Shown here piece after piece: positions 11,498 through 23,556 of a stretch of DNA of 64,000 nt. A program made the translations under genes and the position numbers. The notes under the pieces are model-generated. The model was not told the origin of the DNA, searched no databases, and worked only from the letters and a program-made list of their open reading frames with translations. Positions within the stretch are counted from its first letter, which is position 1, and every line of letters starts with the position of its first letter. Source of the DNA: Moniliella sp. 'wahieum' (lineage: Eukaryota); contig RSEE01000027.1 of the NCBI GenBank assembly GCA_003971905.1, forward strand, positions 558,001-622,000. Reading direction: 5' to 3'.

Positions 11498-14400
11498 CGT
11501 CGGCGGCAATCGTCGGTGTCGTCGTCGTCGGGACAGCCCCTCGGCTTCCAACCAGGTGGCCCGGCTGAGCGTTGATAGACGCTGGCCATCTCGGCCAAGA
11601 CCGGGTGCGAGACTGCCCCCGTGCCGTGTGCATTGGCTGACGTAACGCGATGAGAAATCCAATCCAGCCGGCGTGCAATTTCATTCACACGTCGCAGGCC
11701 TTATCACGCATGCCACATAACCCTCAGGGCGTCAGGCGATCTCGTGTCCAAGTTCAACGTGTTCGATTGGGCGTTCGGTACGTGGAGCTCCACAGAGGCA
11801 TATCCATTCTAGCCATCGTACCCGAACCGTCGTATTCGTTCTGGGAGAAGGAGAGCTGGCACCCGTGCAATGGGCGCTTTGTTCTGCTGGCTTTGCTTCA
11901 TAGAACGGGATGTGGCCCAAAGGCAGGTAGTTGGGCCAAAGTATAAAAGAGTCCGCCGGCCCCGGGCCGGGAACTGCCTGAAAAGCACCGGTGCTCGGAA
12001 GATTGTGAAAGATCGGAGAGATCTGTGACATGTGATTTTTCGATCTGAATTCTGCACACGAACAACACAACCTAACCCTACCGCTTGCCGCTCGGTGTAT
12101 GCTCTCGTACGTTGTACGCCCACCCATATACTGTGGTATACACCTGATATACCCTCCATGCTGTATAATCATGGCGCAGTACCAGGCAAATACTCCATGA
12201 GTTGCTTCGGAGGCAACATCCCGTTTGTTGGTTAAGAGAAGTTACAGGTCACTGCGGGCTGGCTCGCCTAATGAACAACCCATCTATATTACTCCGTCCA
12301 TTATAATAGTCGCGCCGAAACGGAGCATGTTTCCACATTGATATGTTTGCTGTTTACGTTCTTACTGAGAGCGGAGAACCTACCCATTACTTTATTGGCC
12401 TTTTGGTCATGTTTGACTGTTCCTGTTCCTAACTAAGTGTATGAACATTTCCTACTTGAACTGTGCTTCTTTTGAGAGCCATTCACCTTCATTTTCCTCC
12501 TCTTTCTAGTATCACGCGCTGTTAGTAGTTGATTCCTCAAAGCTCATGTATGTATACTTAGCCTTGTTCTAGTAAGTCTTGTTCTAAGTTCTTGCCCCTA
12601 GCGGGTCATTTTATATCAACATCTGCTTGCGAATCCATCCTTGGCCACCAGGCAACAGCTGCGTCACTCCCTAGTTCACCAGCATCCCAATGATCTGGCT
12701 CCAGCGACCACCTCTTGGTCTTTCCGAATCCTTTCGACCACAGGCATCCTTTGCCGTCAGTTTCTCTGCAGCTTTCAGTCTTCTCTGTTGGTTTCTACAT
12801 AAAGTCACCAGGTGGATGAACGTGATGAATGAACCCTTGATCTGTTCTATTGGACCCTGTTTGTAAGCTCACAATGCACAGCGCCCACATGGCTCACATT
12901 TGAAAAAGATTCGGCTGAGGGCAATCAACACCTTCCCAGGACGATCTATAGGGGGAGGACGAGTAATCGAACACATGTGAGAGCCTCTATAAACGTTAAA
13001 CCGCGATTGTCCCTTAACGTTATAACCGAGAGGAGATATATAGTAGCTCCACGCTCTCCAGCTAGGGTCGAGAGCACCTGTCCGGGGCGGAAACAATCAG
13101 AGATAGCTTCAAGCTTCATGTAAGCTACTGATGGTAATCCCCGACCTTAAGCGCAAAACAGGGAGATGAGGAGAGAAGGAGGGAAACGAGGCGCGACGGT
13201 ATTCAATGCGGAGTGCGAGTCGCAAACACTGCAGTCGCACTTCCGCTTCCACAGTCACTTGGCCGACAAAACCGGCAAAGTGGTATCAGTCATATGGCAC
13301 TCTCCAACAACACTATGCCCCGACGATCTCATATGGTTCAACGCTGCTGGCATCAGAGTCCTGAACCTTGTCCGAGGTACATATATTACTTCGTCCCTCT
13401 CCAATCCATGAATGTACGATTCCCATATATCCTCCCTCATGCTACCTCATCTTGATCATCTAACTCCTGCTAGAATAAGGACTGATGGCCTCACATATGA
13501 CCAGACATATACGACAATAAGCAAACCAAAGGGTATGCTATTGGTGAAGAACTCGAAATATGATCAGCACCTCTCAAAATCCTGACCTCGACGTTCTGAT
13601 CGGTTCTGATGCTTGAATCCTTTTGCGGTTGTATAACTGGGTGGACAACAGTCCAGGCGGGATGCTGCCAGTGCTGCCCAATTTCATCAGAAGGTTGCCA
13701 GTCTCCATCTGTAGGGGGGGGTATGCGCGTTATTCCCTCTCACGGTGAATGGAACCAGAATAAGCTTGCCAGACGCCTCCTCATCCTTCGTTGTCATCTT
13801 TCTCTTTGGAATGTCTGTTGAGTATATATACCATTCGAGGGCACCGTGGACCGTCTCTTACGCCCTGCAGCCACCACTAATATGAACAAGGACCGTAAAC
13901 CGACCGTGGCGCTACAGATCGGGACAGCATCAAACTAGGCTTGGAGTCCGCGCATAGACCTGATCTGTTCGAACCCGGCTGATGAGGCAGAGGACATCAA
14001 GAAGATTGAAGCCTTTGAGACCAGTTGGGTTATTTTGCAGCCCATCCTCCTAGATGCCGAGATGCGACGGTGTCCGCTAAGCCCTGGTCAGAGTGACTAT
14101 GCGACCATCCCCCTCCCCCACCCGCCCCCCCCTTCAGTCGTGAGCACGATATGATATGCAATTCCGTATTCTTCAATCCAAAGCACGTATCAACCTTTTC
14201 ATTATTCTCATTATTCTTGGGATATCAATACTAAGATTAGCCCGTTTTCATACTGTAATATAGTCCCTCAATAAGGAAGCGAAGCACTGTAGGCTGTGTG
14301 TGGGATATAGTCAGCACGGCGACGCCGATGCTATTCCTCGTCTCTATGATATCTATGTACGCACCCACAGTTCAATGATTAAGTCCCCTCATGACATCTT

Positions 14401-15914
14401 TGGAATCTGTGGGACTACTGATCTCGCTAAAATCCTTGACCCCTCTCGATAACATGATCGCTCGGGAGTTCTGCATGCCAAGCCTATATCCATGCCTTCT
14501 TCGAAATTCTCGATGCCCTCCCCATCTATGACCTCGCCGGAATTCTTGATTTTTTTTCCTTTTTTCCACTCATGAGCTCCCGAAAGCTTTGAGGTGTTCA
14601 CTGCCCACAGGATTCCGCTGAAAAATGCCTTCCTTCTCGGGCAGTCTGCATATCGCCGAACAGCCTGAATCACTGATGATAACCCAGCCCCTCTGATTAG
14701 CTGACTTCAGAGGGATGGGGGTCGCAGCCGGGGAGGCGTTGATAATTTAATCACTGTGGTAGTTATATTCGATTGGGATCCATGGTGAATCATTATAATC
14801 ATGCCACCACCTTGCAGAGACGGGTTGGAGCTTTTTGAAGCCTATTTTGTAGCGAGACTTGGAACAACACATCTCCTGTCAGAAATGAGGCCTCAGTACC
14901 TCAGTTAGTGACTAGTGAAGGTGAGGGAAATTATAACCTGTTTTGACTCTCGAACGTCCGCAAAAACTGGGCTGTATTATCCCCCGGGACGCGGGACGAT
15001 TCAATTGTCGGGGCCTGGGCAGACTTGGGCACCCTCTGTGGAGTGAGACTTTTGCTATGAGCTGAGGCGCTGAGAGATGATGGCAGTGAGGACTGAGCGC
15101 CTGTTGAGCCTGAGGGCCTGAGGGGCCTGAGCCCTGAGCAGGCCTGAGGGGGGAAGCGAAGGAAGCCGCCTCGGGAAAACGCAAGTGAGCAATTGATGAA
15201 AGTCAAGCGTTTACCGTTAAACGTTAAATTCATTCACAGAAAGCTAGCTAATAATACACAAACGCCTCCCACACACTTGAACAGTGACTTAGTGACATGT
15301 TGTGAGTACTATGTTGTCTCATCGACTCATCTGCCACCGACGTCCAACACCCTGTAATCTGTGACTTCGCCCCCCCCCCCGACGGAGAGTCTCACGCGTC
15401 ACGAGAAACAGCATGAAAAAGCACCCTGCCAGCAGAGGTAAGCGGCATCCTAAAAGTAGGCGCAGTCAAACGCTTTTAACGGGGAAGGCACTGGGAGTCC
15501 ATGGGATGCCAAAAAAGAGAGGGTGTGTGCATCAGGATGTATCACCCCCTTCAACCTGCTGGCTTTTTACGGATGAGATTGAGATGAGATGCAAACTGAA
15601 ATCCGTCTCCGACAGTCGTCAAACGCGGTAATCGGGTCACGAGAACTGCCGGCGACCTCCCGGCAACCTAAGGCCGACCTACTAAGAGCTGAGCGAGAGC
15701 CACAGTCACAGTGATTGGGACACGAACCCGGACCTACAAACACTATAAAGGGGCCCGAGCCTTTAGTTGTTCTATCTCGGCTGTGTAAATCGGACATCAT
15801 TTGCCTCATCTCTCCTGCTGGCCTCCAGCCTCTTCAGCGTTTTTCAACACCCTCAGACCGACCATCTGTATACCAACGTTCAACCCAGTCAGCCCACCTT
15901 CATCGCGATGAGAT

Positions 15915-15935
15915 ATTAGCGCTTAGCGCTTAGCG
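15915..15935. repeat. (TTAGCGC)3 heptamer array
   Basis: ttagcgc ttagcgc ttagcg read directly. Confidence 0.85.
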
Positions 15936-17929
15936 GCAATCATTAATCAATCCCCAGGCCCCATTTGAGCACCATTTATTCACAGTGGGTTATCTGGACT
16001 ACCATGTCACCTCCACGTCTGGTTGCGCCCTGTAGCTTTTGCACTGCTGCAAGTAGCTGATGCAAGGCGGGTCGGAGTACGATGAGCTGCGTGAGATCTG
16101 AGAAGAGAGATCACGATTATAATGGCTGCTCCGATCTTAAATGACGTTAATGACGCGTGACCGCGTGACCGCGTCAGCAGAGTACCGCACACCCCGCAGA
16201 TCACAGTTGGTTCTCACACAACAAATCATGCATGGTATCATGCATCTTGCAACGTGCCTCCTCGATCAGTACATGCATGTCACAGGTCACCCGGTCACAG
16301 GTCACATGCAAGGTCACCGTCGCCAGCGTCACGTGGTGTGTCACGTTCAGGTTCCAGCCTGTTCCAGTTGTATTCGGACTTGTTCCCTGTACCAGGTTCC
16401 CGGGTCCGATAGGGTCCAGCAGGGTTGGACGCGCTGCGATGTGTTTCTATATATACACGACGGAGGTGCCACCTACTGTGACAATTGCCCAAACTACGGA
16501 TATGGCAGTGACTAGTGATCGAGCGCTAGTGATCTAGTAATATGTGGTCCTCTCTGTTATAGATTCCTTGGCGGAGCCGTGGAACAGGGGGGTTATTAGC
16601 CGCAACCCGCCCTCATTAATCATTCAGATGGTCTGGTTCGAAATAGGTATAGCAGTCATGCTCATCCGCAACAGCTGTGCCCTTCTGCAGATGGTTTGCT
16701 TAATGGCACTCGCTTATGATCGTCGGCATCCACGGTTCGGCCATGGTGTGCTGACAGGGAAAGCCAAAGGCCGCATTTAGAGCATCTTCCGCATTCCCTT
16801 TAACCGCAAGCCAACGACGATGCAACAATGTTCTCGAGCAAGGGGAAGAGCAAGGATGGCGGGCTCCGTATTAATGTGAAGCACGACCCATTTTTTCTCA
16901 CAACATTCTCACGCCCCCGCACAGGCTGCTTCTTATCAAAAAGGACATTGAAGTTCTCCTTTGCTGTACTATCGACTATCCCTCTGTTGTCTAAGCCCCA
17001 TCTCACTGCTATGCTAATGAACGTTGACATGAACGTTGAGACATATTGACGGAGCGAAGCAAGTACGCAGTCGAAGCCTGAAGTTCCCTGCGGCACTAAT
17101 ACTATCCCGATAGCACTTCCTCGGGTATCATGTCCCATCCTTCTCTTCTCAAAAGTCGGGTATGTACTGCGTCTCATATCGCGTCGCAATCTTCAGTAAT
17201 ATAGTACTGTAAAAAAACAGGCACGACGAGAGCAGGAAACTATATGATAAAAATAAGACGATGAGGGAAACGACCACCTCTCTCCTTTGCGACGCCAGTG
17301 AAGCACAGAAGGGTGACTAGCCGTCGCACACGCGGTCTACAGCGCCCTATTAATAGCTGTTACACAGAGCTGACAAAAGGGCAAAGGGAGGACGGAAAGA
17401 GTCTGCTGCAAGCTCCAAGTGCCAAACTCCAAAAGCGTCAAGCTCAGGAGGCCTTTTAGGCTCAAAAGGGCGAGAGAAGATCGGTGATATATGATAGACG
17501 AACAGGAAGATGGCAAGGACGTTGAACACTCTCGTGCGTCCCTCTCGTTTTTGTTTCCATATTATAGTGGGCATGCAGTCCGACTTGTGGCTGTAAATGT
17601 AAAGCTCCACCCAGTCACATTGTTGACAAACACATCGACTGACGAGGCACTATAGCCAGTCAAAAATGATATTCACTAAGTATAATAGTCACTAGTCACT
17701 GTGCCATGTGACTAGTGACTGTGGACTGGCCGCTTATTCCAATCCCTGCCTCATCTTGGTGTGGCAAAAGGCTTAGACGGAACCAACACCACCGCGATTG
17801 CATTGCTCAGCGGCTCAGCGCTCAACATCCCCGAGGTTTTCACTCAAATCCTTGGGTTCCTCCAGTCTTACAGAGTGGCCTTAAGCTTGTCAATGATATG
17901 GACGCAGAGTAGTCGCTCCAAAAGCAACA

Positions 17930-17968
17930 TCACGCGTCACGCGTCACGCGTCACGCGTCACATGTCAC
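17930..17968. repeat. (TCACGCG)4 + TCACATG heptamer array
   Basis: Read directly. Confidence 0.9.
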
Positions 17969-18005
17969 ACGCAATGATTAAAGCTAGCTTATACTAAGGA
18001 TGATC

Positions 18006-18033
18006 TCGATGATCGATGATCGATAATCGATAA
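18006..18033. repeat. (TCGATGA)2(TCGATAA)2 heptamer array
   Basis: Read directly. Confidence 0.85.
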
Positions 18034-18245
18034 TGGATGCTCGGACCCGTACCCGGACCCATGCCCGGATGCCGGTGGTCGTGTGGTTGGAGAACCAAAA
18101 CACGTCGGATATCGCTCAAGGAGACCACATCGATTGCAGATCTTATATCCTTAGGCCTTACGCGATGCCACAAAAACGCGACAGAACAGCTATAGTTCCT
18201 GGTCTAGTTATATGTTCCTGGTAACTTTCGATCGATAACCAGTTA

Positions 18246-18319
18246 GTTACTAGTTACCGGTTACCGGCTATTAGTTACTAGTTACTATTAGGCGCGTTAC
18301 GCGTTACGCGTTACATGTT
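18246..18319. repeat. GTTAC array with TA/CG/GC/AT spacers
   Basis: GTTAC starts at 18246, 18253, 18260, 18274, 18281, 18296, 18303 and 18310. Confidence 0.85.
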
Positions 18320-19278
18320 CCACGGTACGCCGCGGGGACACAGTTCATTACGTTCATTATGAACAGTGTGATCGCGTGATGTGTGTTAGGTGCTAAGTGA
18401 TTTATGGGTGCATCATGTATGTCACCCGTGCCGCGTGGGACGTGGCATGCATGCCGCATATCACATGTCACATTGCTGCTTTTGACATTATTTGATTTGG
18501 CTGCCAATACTGAGTGTACTCATTAATTGTACTCATTGAGTACTCAGTTGAGTAGTACTGAGACTCGGTCGAGTGGTTGAGTACTCAGAAGCTGTGAGAA
18601 AATGTGGTTAGTGGCCTACCCAGCAACACGTACTCAGTCGGTGCACTAGCTGGTACCAGGTACTCCGCCCTCGGTGTCTTGCGGACTAGCAAACGCGGCA
18701 CATGTCACAGCCGTCACAAGACCGGAGCCAGCAAGCCTGGCAAGCCTCCCAGCAACTCCCAGCTCCAAAGGTTTTGCGGACTAGGGCGGGTATCACACCC
18801 CCGAACTGAAGCCGATGATCGATGATTAATGATTGGGGTGGTGCTGATGGTGACTGTGACAGGTGACGCGACGTCCGTCTCGACGGCCACGCCCCACGCT
18901 CCAAGGCCACCCAGCAATCCAAGCGCATATATATGGAGGTGAAATTTGATGTTTGAAAACGGTAAACGGCAACTGGTAGCCGGTAAACGTAAACTGACGT
19001 TTGACGTTCAACTGAGCGTTCAGCGAACTAAGCGCCGAGCCTCAGCGGTCAACGCGGTAAACTCTCTCAGGCCTGACTCGGGCCTGGCCTCTCAGGATCA
19101 CAGCGCCCTTCGCACTGTCCACACCCGCCGCCCTCACTTCCACTTCCCCTCCTGCCGCCGTCGTTCCCACCGCCGCCCCTCATCTCCCCTCTTCCTTCTC
19201 CCCCCCTCCATTTGCTCCCAGAACCACGCTCCCGCCAATAGCAACCCTCGCGTTCTCCCTCTGCCATCGTTGCCACCC

Positions 19279-21354
19279 ATGCCAGCTCTTCCCTCGCCAT
19301 TTGGCCCTTCCGCCCGCTCACGCGCCGATCCACATGTGACCGACGACCTGTGTGCCCAGGCGTTGCGTGACGACCCTTTGCTTCTGTCAACATGCAACCC
19401 CTCCCCCTCGCAACGCGGGGGGAGACAGGATCCTACGGCCCTTACTCCCCTCGCCACAGGCTCTCTTCTCGCCCCGGCCCGTTATACGCAGCACCGCGTC
19501 CACCCCATGCCGCCTACCCTACCGCTGGCCATTCCTCTGGCCCTAGCATTGCCCTGCAACCTGCGTTCGCGCCCAAAGAAGAGAGGAATGTGGTACCTGC
19601 CCAATCTGTTGGGGCCTCATCCTGCCCTCCCGCCAGCGTCGGAATGGTTTCCGACGTCGTCCCGGCGCAAGTGCCGCCCACCATGCACCAGTCGAGTATC
19701 CACTACGGCTTCCTCTCGCCCCCTCTCCCCGCCCTGGACTCAAACGCAGATGCCCTATTATGATCGGCAGCAAGCACCGCCCCATCCCGCTTCCCCCACC
19801 GGCAAGAGAGCGTTAGAGGAAACCACAGAGCATGGTCCTCCCTTGCACCGCCGACGACAATTCAAGTACCTCAGTGACGACCCTGCTCCGGCACCTAATC
19901 CCAAAGATATGTCTAAGCTGCCAGAGCAGCCCGAGTCACGCAAGAAAGTCAAACGGGCGTGTGTGTACTGCAAGCGCAGCCACATGCCCTGCGACATATC
20001 CCGTCCCTGCAAGCGCTGTGTCAAGCGGGGCATTGCAGATCTCTGCAAGGACGAACCGCCTACTGAGGCCACTGGCCCACTTAAACGCAAACAGTCCTCT
20101 CAGCGGACCAACTCGGCTCGGATCAGCGCGCTCGATCCCATTCCGAGTCCAATTCGGACCCCCCATGCGTCGCTCCCGTGCCCAAAGAGGACCAACCACC
20201 TGCCGAATCTAACCCCAAAAAGGCGCCCACGCGGATGATGCCCAATCTCCCTGATGATGAATGCCCCCCTTCGAGTTCAGATTACCCCGTCCAACTTGAC
20301 GCCTCCCAGCCTAGCTGGCTCGAACGACTCGCAGGATCGTTCGGCTAAAAACGAGCAATTCGATGGTTTAGTTGAGGCGGAAAAGCTCATGGACATGATC
20401 GATCCAGAAGACTTGAATCTGGTAAAGGACATCCTGCTCGGAAAAGGGGCCCAGGAAGGGTACGTCAACTCTCTCCGTTCTGATAGGCCACTTACTAACC
20501 CGTCATTCTTATTACAGAGACGTCCCCCCAGCAAGTTTGAAAGGCAAGGAGCAGCAGGAGGACGAGCAGACCCCGGATCCGTCAGATGCAATTGGATCCA
20601 TGAAGAACGTTTTCCAGGAAGAGGCGCTAACTCTGGCCATGCTGCGGGGCCACCCAGACGATTCTTGGGCGTGGGGGTATGCCAAATTGGCCCATTGGAT
20701 GAAGGAGAACTATGACTACCAGACGGCCAGGAAGATTGACTCTTACCTTGGCTCTGTCCGCCTCGCCTACCTCCGCAAGAGCTTGGGCATGACTCGAGAT
20801 GAACTGCGCGATTTTGAGGAGGCGGCTATGCTGGGCATTTCGCACTACCGCCTAAGTGTGTTTGAGTCGGTTCCGCATGCCATGTGCGTTTTTACTCGTA
20901 CGGGACGCATGCTTGCTGCAAACCAGCGGTTGGCGCAGTGGACGCAACTCCCCTCGCACACATTTTCTTCCGGCAACTATTTCTACTTCTACATGCTTTC
21001 GGCCCCACAGATTTTGCCGGTCGCGGAATCGTATTTATCCATTGCCTTGAACCTTGAATCCTCCGAGTCAAGGACGAAGAAAGCCACGATGCTCGCCTGG
21101 GGAGTGTCAACGGGATGAATTAGCAAGTGTCGTGCATATGTTTGATGTCGACCGGTCGCGCACGTTACGCAATACCCCGCTTGGAACTATACGGAGGAGG
21201 ACTACCTTCCCAACGCCCCCACCGTGCTGGACGATGGCACGCGTCGGTCGTGCGTTTCAAGGGCCTTGTCACGCTACAGGCCCGGATGCACGAATCGAGC
21301 CAAGGAGTGCCCCTCTTCCTAGTTGCCTACATTTCCGACCCCCCTGTCATGTAA
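19279..21354 (+). CDS. Zn2Cys6 transcription factor with C-terminal PAS-like domain, AcuM/Rds2-like (intron 20460-20517)
   Basis: RKKVKRACVYCKRSHMPCDISRPCKRCVKRGIADLCKDEP is an Rds2/AcuM-type cluster. GYAKLAHWM and FESVPHAMCVFTRTGRMLAANQRL match the C-terminal region of that family. The intron has GTACGT..TACTAAC..CAG. Start and end are approximate. Confidence 0.8.
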
Positions 21355-21402
21355 TAACACTTTTTGTCGGGTTTGCCATCACCATTAAGTGACTCCAGTT
21401 AC

Positions 21403-21580
21403 TGTCCGAATGACTAAGCTCGCTCCAATTTCCAATTCCGCATCCTGTGTCTCTCGCTCTTCCCTTCCCTTTTGCTTCTGTTCTCTGCCTGATGCCTTCT
21501 GTTTCCTCCCACGAACGATCTTGCCTTTCCCCCCGCCTCTGACAGGACCTTGGTCTCCTCGTTTAGCCCCGACTGTTACA
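21403..21580 (+). mobile_element. Solo LTR (178 bp) related to the neighbouring chromovirus LTR
   Basis: TGTC...TTACA ends with a perfect 5-bp TSD, GTTAC (21398-21402 and 21581-21585). Shares ctcgctcc.atttccaatt, cccacgaacgat, tggtctcc and ttagccccgactgt.aca with the LTR at 27607-27787. Confidence 0.85.
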
Positions 21581-21756
21581 GTTACCGGTGACCGTTCTCT
21601 CTGATTCCTCCGTAGTTGCACTCTCTTGCAAAACTTCAGCCGCGATTCAACTCACTCATGTGGCCATCCACCTAGAAGGCCAATGGTGGCACAAGTTTAG
21701 TAGCAAAAAAGTGACTGCGCCCAGAATCGAACTGAGAATAACAGAGCTGCTGGAGC

Positions 21757-22027
21757 TGTACGATCGTGTACCCACAATCTGACGTGATACCTTTTCACCA
21801 CGCATCGTTGATGATCAGCGGAGTGACCATTTACATATCCAACAAAGAGTATAAGCTCGTTCCGTCCATCCATCGTACCTGTCCAACTATATCAGCTCCA
21901 CACACAGACATACCGCGCCCTTCTTACTATGGACAGCTCGTCGGTCGAGCACGCCTGCCTTCAGTTACCGGTGGCCTGCCATGCTTAATTATCTGACGTG
22001 AGCGCCAGTACTATGCACACCGTGACA
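21757..22027 (+). mobile_element. Possible degenerate solo LTR of another family
   Basis: Near-inverted ends TGTACG...CGTGACA, flanks GGAGC/GGAGG (4 of 5 match) and an internal TATAAG. No second copy in the window. Confidence 0.35.
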
Positions 22028-22392
22028 GGAGGTGGAGGTGGAGGAAAGGAGACTTCGGTGGTGATCATCATAAATTCATCGAGGGGAAATCAGGCTTGGA
22101 GGAATATATGTACCTCATCGGATAAGAAGAGAACTGATTAATGGTTAATGATTCGTGATGAGTACATAGAGATTCGATGTGCATACTCCCACATCATGCC
22201 TCTTTTCTCCCGAAGTATATGCATATGCATACAGCATCTGTGGTGGTGACGATCATGGAGATGTGTATGAAAATTCAGTTGCTTCCCTTCTCCCATTACG
22301 TTTTTTGCTATGCTCCCTTTATGCCCCACGTGACACCCCTGTGCCTGCCCCACGGGCCACACGCTTCGTGTGGACCTCATCTACGTTGGTTG

Positions 22393-22493
22393 TGTCATAG
22401 TTTGGCTGATCTCGCTCCCATTTCCAATTTCTTCGTCTCGAGCGTCTCGCTCCTTCCTGTTCCTTCCACTTCGCACCATGTCCTCTGTCTTGC
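22393..22493 (+). repeat. 5' LTR (truncated, ~100 bp)
   Basis: Near-identical to the first ~100 bp of the 3' LTR (two 1-bp indels), then switches abruptly to gag-like sequence. Confidence 0.9.
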
Positions 22494-23556
22494 CCAGGAG
22501 GACAGCGCCGCGCTTTCGAGGATGAGCAGAGGCGAAGCGCCGCGCTTTCGAGGATGAGCAAGAGGCGAAGCGCCGTGAGCACCGCCTCCGTCAGCGGCGG
22601 GAGGAGGCGGCGCTTGCCGCGGAAGAGGCCCGGTTGGCCGCCTCGGTACGGGAGGCTCAAACTGGCGTGGTGTCCTCGGCCCCCGCCCCCGCTCCCGCCC
22701 CTGGCCTTATGGTGATCTGACTGCCATCCCGAACACGGTGTCGGAAGAGCCTAAGATGTTCGAGCCCGTTCGTTTCCGCCCGTCGTCTGGTGCGAATCCC
22801 AACTCTCGTGACCGGGTCCAGGCCCAGCACGTCGTCACCTCCTTCGAGATTACGCGCGCGTCGCCCTCACGCATATGGGCGCGGCGGCATGGATCGACCG
22901 CTTCATGGGCCTGCTGCAGGGAGAGGCCCTCACTTGGGTCGAGCAGTTCGGCTCGGAGGTGGCCCTTCCCCTGGAGGCGCGCACCACACCGCCCTCCAGT
23001 CTTGGCCTGCGTTTCGCGCAGCTTTCCTGGAGCAGTGGGGCGAGCGCAACCCGGCGCTGAAGGCGTTTGAGGAGTTTCGTCGTCTTCGGCAGACAGGATC
23101 TGCAGCGGACTATTCCGCTACGTTCACGGTTCTGCTACGTCGCTGAACCCCAACGCGTCGGATGAGGACCGCTACTATTACTTTCTGTACGGCTTGAAGC
23201 CGCGGGTGCGTGACGCAATCGCCTCCCGCGGCGAGTCGGCTCACTTTGGACGGATCAGTTTCGAACAACTGCGCACAGCGGCCATTGACATCGACCAATC
23301 GCAATCGCTGGGCGCTCGTGGTACCGCAACCTCCCCGGGATCGGGCGGCAATCATTGGTTTCGGCCCTCGTCGCCCGAAGCCGAGCCCATGGACCTCAGC
23401 GCAGCCACCGCCACCGCCGAAGCGGCGGCACGGCGCACCGAGCGCCGCGCTCAAGGTGCGTGCTTCTACTGCGGTTCCCGTGACCACCTCATTGCCGAGT
23501 GCCCCACGTCCAGGTCTCCCCGCCGCCTCCTCGGCCCCGCCGCTGATTCTGTCTGA
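22494..23556 (+). CDS. gag: Gag (N-terminus missing, frameshifted) with CCHC zinc knuckle
   Basis: WPAFRAAFLEQWG..LRQTGSAADYSATF (retrotransposon gag domain), EPMDLS and CFYCGSRDHLIAEC. Confidence 0.85.

Noticed and set aside
17358..17628. TGTTACA...TTGACA LTR-like segment
   Set aside because: Flanks ATAGC and AACAC do not form a TSD.
17930..18320. CRISPR-like arrays
   Set aside because: Units are 5-7 bp with 2-bp spacers, the genome is eukaryotic and there are no cas genes.
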